Shown: piece by piece, positions 1-10,218 of the stretch
Layout of the letters: the number at the start of each line of letters is the position of its first letter
Position numbering within the stretch: position 1 is the first letter of the stretch
From: Rhizaria sp. SCN 62-66
Taxonomy: Eukaryota
NCBI GenBank assembly: GCA_001724265.1
Contig: MEDY01000343.1
Coordinates: 1 to 32,225, forward strand
Reading direction: 5' to 3'
Length of the DNA stretch: 32,225 nt
Program-made: the position numbers and the translations under genes
Notes under the pieces: model-generated
Told to the model about the DNA's origin: nothing
Seen by the model: only the letters and a program-made list of their open reading frames with translations
The model's database searches: none

Positions 1-706
1 AGTGAGGACACCCTGCTTCATGGGGAAACCCTGCTTGTCGTGTCCACCGGTGATCTTGAGGACGTAGCCCTTCCAGGCATCGCCGAGGATGTCGGCCTCA
101 ACCTGGTTGGACATGCGCTTGTCCATGAAGGCACGGCTGTAGTCGTGGAGAAAGTGCGATGAAGTTCAGAAGCGCGGGCGGCAAGAGGCGAAGCGAGTGA
201 AGCGGGGAGGAGAGAGCGAGAGGAAAGCGGGGGCGAAACAGAGACGCAAAGAAGGAGAAAACAAGTGAGCGCGGGTTGGCGAGCAGATGGTATAGCATTA
301 GACTGGTATGGGCTATTTGAAGAGAAGCTTCAGGAAGCGTCTTGTGGGGCTAGAGGGGCGTGCAGGGACGTAAACGTACATCTTAGCGGAGTCCTCGAGG
401 TCATCGAGCTTCAGGAGGGTCTGGGTGCCAGCGGCGGGGTAAGCAATGAGGAGCTGTGGGGACAGAATGCAGAAGGGAAGCAAGAAAAGAGTGAGACAAT
501 GCAGCTCATGACACTCCAGGGCTAAAACAGGACGGCCAGGCGCGGCAGCAGCGCTTCGCAGACGGCGAGCAAGGTGGTGCTCGACACTCAGGCTGGCCCA
601 CTTCGCAGAGCATAGAACGGGGCGAAAAGACGCTGCAGAACAAAAAGAGAGATAGTATGCGGTGCGAGAGAAGATCTAACAAATTATATAGCGGTCGTAC
701 CTTCAT
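1..706 (-). CDS. RPS6: 40S ribosomal protein S6 (eS6), 5' part; exons 701-706, 380-453, <1-136; continues off the left edge
   Basis: The spliced translation [72 protein letters not shown] contains the eS6 signature ([14 protein letters not shown]). Introns 454-700 (GTACGA..CAG) and 137-379 (GTACGT..CAG) keep the frame. The ORF track misses this gene. Confidence 0.97.
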
Positions 707-786
707 AGTGAAAAATCAGCCTTCAAAGGAAGCACTCGCAAAAAAGCGGTCACCTCGTCCTCACTGCGGCCCGGGCTCCAGTGTCG

Positions 787-886
787 CCCACCGAACCCAC
801 TTACCCGCCCGCGCGCTACTTAGCGCTCACGGTCACCCCGCTGATTTTTCGGCCCAAAGCCGTCCACTTTGGCTTTGGCTACGGAA
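787..886 (-). promoter_or_regulatory. Putative promoter module upstream of RPS6 (+ strand text: CCCACCGA 787-794, CTTAGCG 819-825, ATTTTTCGGCCC 844-855, ACGGAA 881-886)
   Basis: The same four motifs recur in the same order and orientation upstream of the ATP synthase delta gene (13983-14051). Function is inferred. Confidence 0.55.
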
Positions 887-2189
887 TCAAAACCGACACA
901 CAGCACTCGCATAGGCATGATTTTCAAATTAGCGACTATTAATGGACACTATGCACAATGGAGTATCTTGCCATTTTATTTGCACTTCAAAGGAAGACTG
1001 TCTGTGCAGTGAATTAGACTACCTTAATCTCATGATAGGCACTTCTTGAGCGTCATGTCTCTATTTACGCACTGGAGTTGAATCATATCTGGTCTTGACA
1101 AGATAAATCGGGTGTATTATATGGGTTATAGCGTTTAATTTCTGGGCGGGTGCCGTATTGTGGTTTCTCTTTGATCTATTACTTTGAAACCTCGTTAATC
1201 TCTCATTTCGCCTGATGTCGGCGGTCGTGTGGTCGGTCCTCATGGCTCATCATAGAGAGTTCAATAATGTCAGTTGGAGGTAAATAACGCACAACACGCT
1301 GCGTCAATATTGACAGTATGTCCCAGCGAAAACATGTTCCTACCAAAGATGAGCTGACCCTGATCTAGGTGTCAGGGCATAAGTCGAACGTGTTTTGGGC
1401 CTGTTTGCGAAGACTCTTTAATGATGACCTAGTACGAGATCCCAATCAGATATGTGAATAACACGGCGGCCATAACATGCAATGGACTTTATTCTACGAG
1501 TAATACGGACTAATTTGTTCTCTCATACCGGTTTGGCTGCTGTATCTGACTTAAAGATCGTGTGGAGGGGGATGTCACGATGTCGTGATCGGCATGGAAA
1601 GTCGAGATAAAGTGGTAAACAATACACGTTATGCAAATAATGAGTTGTTTTCCGGACGTTCAAAGCGTGTCTCTACATATATATGCGTATTATAACTTCA
1701 TATCTCACAGCTACATCCCGGAAGTGTGGGCTCCGATGTGAAACTGGTGACGTACTCATTTTCATTGAGCCGGCCCGAGGATCACGTGGTTTGTCCGTTA
1801 GCTGATCTCAAATTGATAAAACAAAGCCAATATACTCCGTTGATTGGAATATAACCGTTGTCTTAGAGTTTGCATAGAGAATAACTGTATTTTTCCGACT
1901 TAACATTTGCATTGCACTCATATTGTGTATGGATAATTGTATTTTCCGCGCAAGTCCGAATACGACGTCGCTAGTCCGACGCTCCCTCTATATCAGCCGC
2001 CGTCTCATGTATGTTTCCTGTCTAACATAAATCATTTGCGATCCCTGCTTTTTTTGTTTGCTCCATCATATACATGCTGCTCACTTCTGCTATAACCCCT
2101 ACCATCCTCGTGATCCTCCCCCTTCTCTCGCCGCAGTAGCCCCCTCCTCCCGCACCCAGTCTGCCCCCACTGCTCACCGTCACCGTCTG

Positions 2190-4047
2190 ATGCGCGTTTC
2201 GCTTCTCGCCGCGTGCGTGCTGGCCCTGGTGGCTGCGGCCTTTGCCGCGCCGTACTGGTCGTTGTCGGACTCGTACGAGCCCTCGTGCGCCAACTGGGAG
2301 AACGTCAAGGCCGCCTACGATGAGGTCATTGCTGCTGACCCCGTGAAGGACCGCGTCCGCAACAACTTCAAGATCACCTCCGTACGTCTCTAAAACAACT
2401 AGCAAGACTAAAACTAGGGTACACAATTCAATGCTTAGTGGTGTGTGTCTATTCTTTGGCTTCAGATTCTATATCTCATGAATGACACCTTTAAGTGTTC
2501 GTTCTCAATCTGAATCAACTTCATGTTTCTCTCTCATTGTTTGCCATGTCCCACAGGCGTACCACCGCATTGGCACTCTTTTCACCAAGCTCGTCGGTCT
2601 CTGGAAGGCCACCGAGGACTCCCCGCTTCCCGGCGAGTCTGGCTACCTCGCGTATCTTACCGCCCAGCCCCAGTCGTTCCCCACCCCTTGCACGCAGTCT
2701 CACTCTGCTGACTCTGACAACGCGGACGTTGGTGTTGATGCTGAGGCTGCGATTGAGGCCGCCGTCTCGTCTTCTCTGAGCGACGACGCGACGTTTGAGG
2801 AGCACCTCGCTGCTTTCCTCAACCCCAACACCAATTCTGAGACCCTTATCAACTCACGCTCATCCTCGTCCCGTGCTCACAGTCATGCTCACCCCTCGGT
2901 GGCGCTGGCTGCGAACGTGACGTCGACACAGGAGAACTGGCCCGGGCTCGCGGTGTGGGCGTCCAACACCGTCGGCTACGCTATCCGCAACAACATGCTC
3001 TCGTTCGACGTCGGCGCCATCCTCGCTGCGATCGACAAGGCGTACCCGCACATCATCCCTTCCGCCACGGCCGCGCAAATTAAGTCGTTGGTGAAGCTGG
3101 TCGAGGCGACGGTCTTCAAGACGCTGATGACGGAGACGTCGATCGGGCTCGGTAAGGGCAACCGCGACGTGTTCCACGACATCGGGTACTTCTTCTCTCT
3201 CTACGCGACCCACTTCTGCGACCAGCCCGCCTGGGACACTGCGCTGGCGCGATTCACCACATTCATCGCCAAGGTCGACCCCGTGACGCAGAAGGAGATG
3301 CGCACGGCCTTTGCGGCCACCTTCCAGGCGCACTACGCCACCGAGGCCGACCCGCTTCGGTTTGCCGAGGACGTCGAGGCGTCCCTGATCGAGACTGCTG
3401 ACGGTAGTGCCAGTCACGGCAAGATTAGCGTGAGCTCGGAGCAGCGCGAGGCATGGGCGCACAGCGTGATTGCGATGGGTGCGGCACCCCCGCGCGGCCG
3501 CCGGCTGACCGTGAAGGAGCGCGCCGAGCGCATGCTGCTGGGCAACATGCTCGTCGGCCTCCAGGAGCAGACGAACCTGCAGCAAGCCATCGAGGACTCG
3601 ATCCCTGCGCCCAGCGTGATCCCGTGGGGCGGCAAGAACATCACCATCAACTGGGGCTTTGTCTTCACCAAGGCGCTGATGACGCTGCAGTTCGGCAACG
3701 ACGCGCTGTTTGTCGGGCAGGATGTGAAGCCGCGCTCGTTTGACGGCAAGAACTTCGGCGTCCACATGCGCGCGCTGCAGTACAACGCGACCGCAGACGT
3801 GTACGCCTCCATGGGCGGCCGCGAGAGCGACTTGAAGGGGTCCGGCGCCGACGACTGGGTGAGTCTCAAGCACCGGATGCGGTTCATCGCGCCGCTGTTT
3901 CGCTCACGGCAGGATCTTGAGGAGATCACGTGCCACCCCTTCTCGGCGAAGCAACACGCAGCCATCTGGGACTCCAAGAGCAAGCTCCCCACCAGCGACG
4001 ACATCTGCGCCGGCAACTGCTGCACCAAGAACGGTGGACCTAAGTAA
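2190..4047 (+). CDS. Secreted uncharacterised protein, about 560 aa; exons 2190-2381 and 2557-4047; resembles a bacterial hypothetical family (possibly DUF2515-related)
   Basis: Starts with a signal peptide (MRVSLLAACVLALVAAAFA). A phase-0 intron 2382-2556 (GTACGT..CACAG) joins RNNFKITS|AYHRIG. Conserved-looking blocks: NWPGLAVWASNTVGYAIR, GNRDVFHDIG, LVGLQEQTNLQ, DWVSLKHRMRFIAPLFRSRQ. Ends in TAA. The family assignment is from memory, not from a search. Confidence 0.8.
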
Positions 4048-4500
4048 AGTGTGGGAGCGAATGCGCCCGCGTGCGCAGGGTGGCAGCGCGCAATTGTCAC
4101 TGTTTTGCTCTCTTTCTATGTTTTGTTTTAGCAGTCCGAAATATATTTTGTTTAAAAGCACTTGCGGAGTATCAACATGTTCGTGGTATACGTTAATATA
4201 CAATACTCTTTTGATAACTTATTGAATGTTCATCGACGGACGCGTGCCCACCACAAACGAACTTGATGCCTGGCCACTCAAGTTAGTTTATTGTCAACAC
4301 TGCTTTTCAGCGTGGTTCATCTGTAGAAGTGAAATTAATGGCTGTCACGCGAGATTTCTCATATTTATTGACTTGCCCCTACAACGTTTGTTTCTTAAAA
4401 ATTATGTTACTCCTCTCTACCAGCAACCAAACTTATCAGGACTTGCAGGAGTGTTGGGAAACGAAAAATCGCTGCCTTATCCCATTCACAGACGCTCGCT

Positions 4501-7500
4501 ATGAGCCTTCCACTGGCTCCCGACCACGTCGGCAGCATGTCGAGCATTCCAAACCTCCTTGCTGACGGGAATTTTGCCGACTGTGTCATTGTCGCCGGCG
4601 AGGGCCTCCCTGGCGTGACCCCCCTCAAGATACCCGCCCACACAGCCGTGCTCGCGCTCGTCTCGCGACACTTCCAGCGCGCGCTGTTCCCTGGCGCAGC
4701 GCTGCCCACGCTCGACCCGATTGCGTCGTTGCCTGCCGCAGCGCAGCGTGTGGTTGCGCCGTTGCTCGACGCTGTGCGCGCGCGTGCGTGCGCCTCGATC
4801 GTGATTGCCGACGGAGTTGCAACCGAGGCGACGGCGGCGGACAAAGCGATCGTCAGACTTGGAATCGTCGCGGGCGTCGCCGACAAGTCGCATGACGATG
4901 GCAAACGCCTGCCCTTTAGGTACACGCAGATGGTAAACGCTACGATTGATCCCACGAACACGCACGACAAGAGCAAACTGGCTGGTGATATTGCTGCTGC
5001 CGGGAAGACTACTGGCACCGCGCCGCTGCATCTCAACTTCTCCAAGGAGGCAAGCGCGAGCGCTGGCGGGGCTGACAAGGACGTCACCATCACGCCGGCA
5101 GACATCCGTGCGAACCCAACGATTGCACTGTACGACGTCGATCTGCTGTTGGCGAACCACGAAATCGTGTTGCACGCATTCCGCACGGACAACGACGTCA
5201 ACGTGCTGGAACCGATCTATCGCTACAGCAACAACAGCAACAACGCGGCGCACTCTTATTCAGCAGGACACGGGTCTTTTGGAACGCGTGATGGTACCGG
5301 TGCTCGGACGACGCGCGTCAGTGCATATGCTTAGCACGAAGAAGAAGACGGTGTGTCGTCACAGACAGCGCGTAAGACCATGACATTGGAGCAATACCTC
5401 TCTCAGTACGATAAGACCAACTCAACGACGACAGCGACGACTATGAAGACTTCACGAGATGTCGATGCTTCAGTCGCGACTACCTATGTTTCTAGTAGTC
5501 CAGCCATTGGCGCTGCCACAGAGGCGCAGTCCACGCTCCCGTCTCCGTCCGCGGAACTGTGTCTAGAGCGGTATCTGACCGATGCGGACCGCACTGCCGT
5601 GCGCCGCGCGTTTGTTGTCGCCGCGGCCCCTGGTGTTCAGCGCGCGGCCGCGTTCGCCGCGGTTAAGGCGACGGGCGACGCCGTGACGCGCCTGCGCTCG
5701 GGCGTGGGGCCGGCCGAAACCGAGGCCGCGACGGCGGGGCTAACCGCGGGCAGCGTCAGCATGGGCAAGGCGCGCGATGCGATGACTGTGACGGTCACGT
5801 GGCCCACCGACAAAGCGAGGACAGCTGCTTGTAGTGCGAATGGTCACGCAAAGAGTCAGAGTCCGACTCATAGTCAACCCGAGAACCCGTGGCCGTGGCA
5901 GCGTGAGTTTGCGACTGTGCATCTGCCGCTGCTTCCGCCAACGGTTTTGCCTCTGTTGTTGTCTCTCATTTATCAAACTCCCATCGTGAATCCTGCCAAC
6001 TCAACGAGTACGACGACGACAGCGGATCCGTTCGCGGACAGTGTCAACGGAGTCACCAGTCTTCCTCAAGCGGCGACCACTGCGCAGAATGTGGCAGTGA
6101 GTAAACGCTACGACGATAGCCCAGCCTCGTTTGCCCTCGCCGCCGCGGCAATGTTGAGCACGGCTGAGTCTGTTGACGAGAGCAGCAGCGCCGCCAGTGG
6201 CGACTCTGAGGATGTTTTGCCTGTGACTGGCCGTGAAGTTGCGCTTGCCTCTACGACGCTCGCAGCATTGCTCCCGCTCGCTCTCGTCCTCGATGCTGAA
6301 GTCCTGCAGCCTACAATAGCGGCCGCTCTGCTGACCGCGCTATCATTGCGCTCACTCCCGACTTATCTTGCATCAGCCCCGTTTTTCCCCGGCATTGCGC
6401 CCACTGTCATTGCCTTTGCGCGCACTCACGCGGAGCCGTTACTCGCCTCCGCAGCGGTCGAGCGCTTTCCGCCGCGCCTGATGCGCGCGCTCCTGGAAGA
6501 CGACGCACTCGCTGCGCCGGAGCTCGCATGCTTTAAGGCCCTCATGCGTTGGGCAGGCGCGCAACAGCTGCGCGCTGCCGTCTCAGCGCACGCGGCGGGC
6601 CCTTAGACCGCGGCCACAGTCGACGGGCGCGTGCGCGTGGACCTGTCGCTGCCAGCGCTGGCCCCGCTGCTGGCGCCGCTGCTGCCGTACGTGCGCTTCG
6701 CCGCGCTGTCGCCGACGGACCTGCTGCACACGCAGTTGGGCGGGACTGCGGATGAGGCCGCACTCAGCGTGTTGTTGCAGCACGCTTCGCTGGCGGTTGA
6801 CGGCTGCAACGAAGTGCCTGTTGTCGCGCGCACGCACCCAGACAGCGGCAGTAACCGCGATGAAACAAAGCAGGGTGGATGCGTTCACCAACGCGCAAAC
6901 GCACAATCTGGTGAAGACGGAGGACTGTTCGATGGCCCGCTGTTCACAAAACGTGGCAGCGCGACTGCGGCCCGCTCCACCCTGCCCGCGCGCACTGTCG
7001 CGCACTACGCGTCCCACGCGCACGGCATCATCGGCACAGTCTCCGCCCCGGTTGCGCTGCGCGCGCTGCCGCCCGAGCTCGCGGTCGCCGTCGACTGGCG
7101 TTGCCCAGTGCCGCTGACCGCCGCTGCGGCCGCCGCGCTACTCTACGGCCACCCGGCGCTGCCGCCGCCGCCCCCGGGCCTCTGGCGAGCTCGGCGCGGC
7201 GGCGGTTTGATTGCAGACGCAGACGCAGACGCAGACAACGGCGACTCTGTGGCTGCACCGCTGCACGGGCTCGACGGCTGGCTGCTCGAGGCGCGCGCGC
7301 GGGCTGGACTCCAGGCGCCGTGCCCGCTCTCAGGCGGCTCGCTGCGGCCTGCGCGCGCGGTGTGGGCGCAGGCGTGGTCTCAGTACATCGCCGCCTATCC
7401 GCAGCTCGCAGATACACTCGCGATGATGCTCACCGCAGCCCGGTCGAACCCGTCCAGCGCGGTCCCGCGCCCGCTTCCGCTCAGTCCTGCGGGCTGTTCA

Positions 7501-9777
7501 CCTCGCATTGCCGCGGTGCTGCCGCTGCCGGTGCGCGGCGGCGTGGGCGTGCCGGTGTGGGGCTGGGACGCCGCGCGCTGCACGGGCGCCGTGACCGTCA
7601 ACGTCGGCGGCGCAGGCGCGCGGTTTGTCCGTGTCGACAGGCGCCGCGGCGATGAGTTCAACATCACGCACAGTGTACTGCCGCTGGGCGTGCTGGACTG
7701 GACGCCGTACCTCACGCTCGTTGACTCGCCCGTCGCCGCAGACGTCATAGCCGCGCTGGGCCCGCGTGCCGTGTTTGAACCGGTGTTCTCGCGCGGCATC
7801 GTGCCGCCGCGCGCCGTCGACACCGCGCGCGGCTCCAGCGCCGTTTATTTCGCCGCCGAGATGGGCCAGCTCGAGTGGACGAAGCGCGTCGTTGTCAGCC
7901 TCGGCCGCGACCGCGTGCTGCTGCAGCCGCCGCTGCAGCTAGCCTTCGCGCCGTTGCCGCACGCCGTGGGCGCGCGCGTGCTGCGCGGCGTGCAGGCGTG
8001 GGAGCTTCTCGCACGCAACAAATGGGGCCGCGTGGCCGTGGACCGGTGGGGCGCGCGCGTGGGCTTGGCCAACGCGACGTGGCCCCCGCTGCGGCCGCTG
8101 CACACCACGGTTGGGGGCACGCTGCTCGACGACACGAACGAGCCCGTGGTGACGCGCGCATGGGTCTCGCACGGGTTCATAACGCTGCCGCTGGTGACTG
8201 CCGAGACCAGACACGGCGATCGCGCGCTTTCGCACACCGTGGAGCTTGCCAACGCGGACATGCCGGATGCGCCGCGCCCGTCGCGTCCGCGCCCCGGCGA
8301 CGGCAACAATGCAAACAACAACGACGACACCAACAACAATAATAACAATAACGTCAACGATGACGGCGATGATGGTCATGCTGGCGACGGTGTGAACAAT
8401 AACCCGGACGTTATCACGTCGCTTGGCGCGCAGTGGCGCCTGTACGACCAGGCGCAGCAACGCGTTCGCGAGCGCGCGCGCGTGCGGGACGGACTGCGGC
8501 AGCACGGCGCGTGGTCGCGCACGCATACGGTGCCCGTCTGGGCCGCGGCGCACCAAACGCACGTGCTGATTACACCGGGAGGTGCTGAGCCTGTGACGCG
8601 TGACCTCACTGCCGAGAGCGATCTACGCGCGATGCAACGTCCGAGCGCTGCTGCGACCGGTACTGGGTCCAGCAGGGCTGATGCGCACGCACCTGAGCAG
8701 GTGCCGACTGCCGCTGCGCTCGCAGTGGACGCCGCTGCGAACGCCGCGGCCAGCGCGTCCGTGCTGGCGAGCGGCAACGAGGCCCGTATCTGCAGCTTGC
8801 AGCAGCGGCTGCGCGAGCTCTGTGACGCGGCGAGTAACACGCGCCCCGACATTCTCTTGGCAACGCGCGACGGGGACACGTGGTACGCGCGCGCCTCGGC
8901 CATCATAGGCACTGTGAGCGAGCTTGAGCGGCTGGGATGTCCGCCGCGGACGATTGGCGGCGTGGGACTGCCCTGCTCCGAGTTGTCGTCGGTGCAGGTG
9001 TGCTTCGACGAGCCGCGCGGGCTGCTGCATCTGTCGACGTCGGTGCTGCTGCGGCCGGCGTACTCGCCCGCGCTGCTGGCGCTCGTGGCGACGCGGTACC
9101 GGCTCATCGCGGCCTACACCGACAAGCTCGAGCAGCTGTGCGACAGCCTCTTTTCGCACGAAGCCGTGGCCGCAGACGCGCTGCCCGCGCGCGAGTGGGA
9201 GGAAGTCGTGCGCCGCGGCAAGCTGCTACAGGCGCGCACGCTCTTTGCGCTCATCTCCAGCTCGCTCAGCGCCGACATGCAGCACCAGATGCTCGTGGGG
9301 CTGCGCGCGCGGTCTGTGACGCTGCGCGAGCAGATGAACGAGGTGCTCGCCGTGATGCGCTTTATTTACGCGCGCTTCTGGCGCAGCACGCGCGTCACCA
9401 CGATCCCCGTGCCGCAGCGCGCACTCGAGCTCAAGGCGCTCGACGCCGCGCTGGGCCGCCTCGCAGACCGCGCGAAGGCCGGGGTGTGGTTTCGCGCGCT
9501 TGAGGACGCGTGGCTGCACTCGCTCGCGCTCGGAACGCCGTGGACCGCGCACCCCGTGTGGGCGATCGTGCCCGCGCCGGTGCGCCGCGCAGTGCTGGGA
9601 CTGGCCGAGCAATATAAAGAGCGCGGGGGCGCGCCGCGGGACGTATTCACGCCGTTCGTCGGCGCGACATTCCATAATGATGTCATGAGGAGCGATAGTG
9701 TGATTGTGACGCTCAAGGCGATCCCGCTGACAGCCTTTATTGGATGGGAGTCCGTTGGGCTTTCTAACTTGACGTGA
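4501..9777 (+). CDS. Large BTB/POZ-BACK domain protein with a possible split SPRY-like C-terminus, about 1758 aa if the two in-frame TAG codons (5332-5334, 6604-6606) are translated
   Basis: ORFs 4501-5334, 5353-6606 and 6631-9777 share one frame and are separated only by single TAGs. The BTB start (FADCVIV..IPAHTAVLALVSRHFQRALF) is in ORF1 and its continuation (VHLPLLPPTVLPLLLSLIY) in ORF2. The BACK motif (LLEDDALAAPELACFKALMRW) in ORF2 continues as LLPYVRFAALSPTDLL in ORF3. Ends in TGA. Confidence 0.75.
5332..5334 (+). other. In-frame TAG (codon 278 of the BTB gene), candidate recoded codon
   Basis: GCA TAT GCT TAG CAC GAA GAA GAA GAC; the frame is open for 277 codons before and 423 after. 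Confidence 0.7.
6604..6606 (+). other. In-frame TAG (codon 702 of the BTB gene), inside the BACK domain, candidate recoded codon
   Basis: GCG GGC CCT TAG ACC GCG GCC; GC-rich, coding-like context with no polypyrimidine tract; the frame stays open for more than 1000 further codons. Confidence 0.75.
8305..8358 (+). repeat. Imperfect AAC/AAT trinucleotide tract encoding an Asn-rich insert (NNANNNDDTNNNNNNNVN)
   Basis: Read directly from the sequence, inside the BTB gene. Confidence 0.8.
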
Positions 9778-10218
9778 CGTTTGGAGCGTCACGACTATGC
9801 ACAAAACTGCTGCTGACTTGTTAGAACAGCGGCTGGTCGCAATACTATAACATGTAACTGACTATCTGCTCGAATGACTACTGATTTCCTTTGTTTTGAT
9901 GTCCTACTTCTTTTTGTAACCTGATTCTGAATCCGTGCTACAACTTTGTTACGCTTTTGTCTGCTGATCTGTCGCACCTCGTTACCTAGAACATCTGTGA
10001 CAGCAATGTTTAAATACAAATTCAAAAAGATTGTATTCGATGTACACCTTCTTGTTCCAAATAATATCATCATACGATTTCCTCAATTTTAGAATTGTTA
10101 TACCGATCACTACAGCTACTGTTTTCGTGTAAAGTCACTTTTGTGTACACGACGCTTTTTACTCCAGAGTACGAGCCAGAGTCATGAATCCTAGACGGAT
10201 AAACCTGACTGCGCCGCC

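Noticed and set aside
137-700. Intronic snoRNAs in the two longer RPS6 introns
   Set aside because: Plausible in principle, but I could not find a convincing C/D box pair or H/ACA layout by eye. It needs snoscan or Infernal.
915-2050. Long AT-richer intergenic region with a perfect 12-bp palindrome GTCAATATTGAC (1303-1314) and a short ORF 1061-1243
   Set aside because: I recognised no coding bias, RNA gene or transposon termini. A single 12-bp palindrome can arise by chance in 32 kb.
5317-5334. Micro-introns ending at the internal TAGs (GTC..TAG of 18 nt at 5317-5334, 27 nt at 6580-6606, 15 or 24 nt at the minus-strand site), or a 402-nt intron 4933-5334
   Set aside because: Disfavoured but not excluded. 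All confident introns here are 121-247 nt with GTACG, GTGCG or GTAAG donors, and none ends in TTAG. In-frame GTC (Val) codons are common by chance, and 4933-5334 is stop-free and coding-like. RNA-seq would settle it.
4501-9777. Three separate genes, or a pseudogene
   Set aside because: Gaps of only 18 and 24 nt leave no room for eukaryotic promoters or UTRs, and the domains span the junctions. There are no frameshifts or TAA/TGA disruptions.
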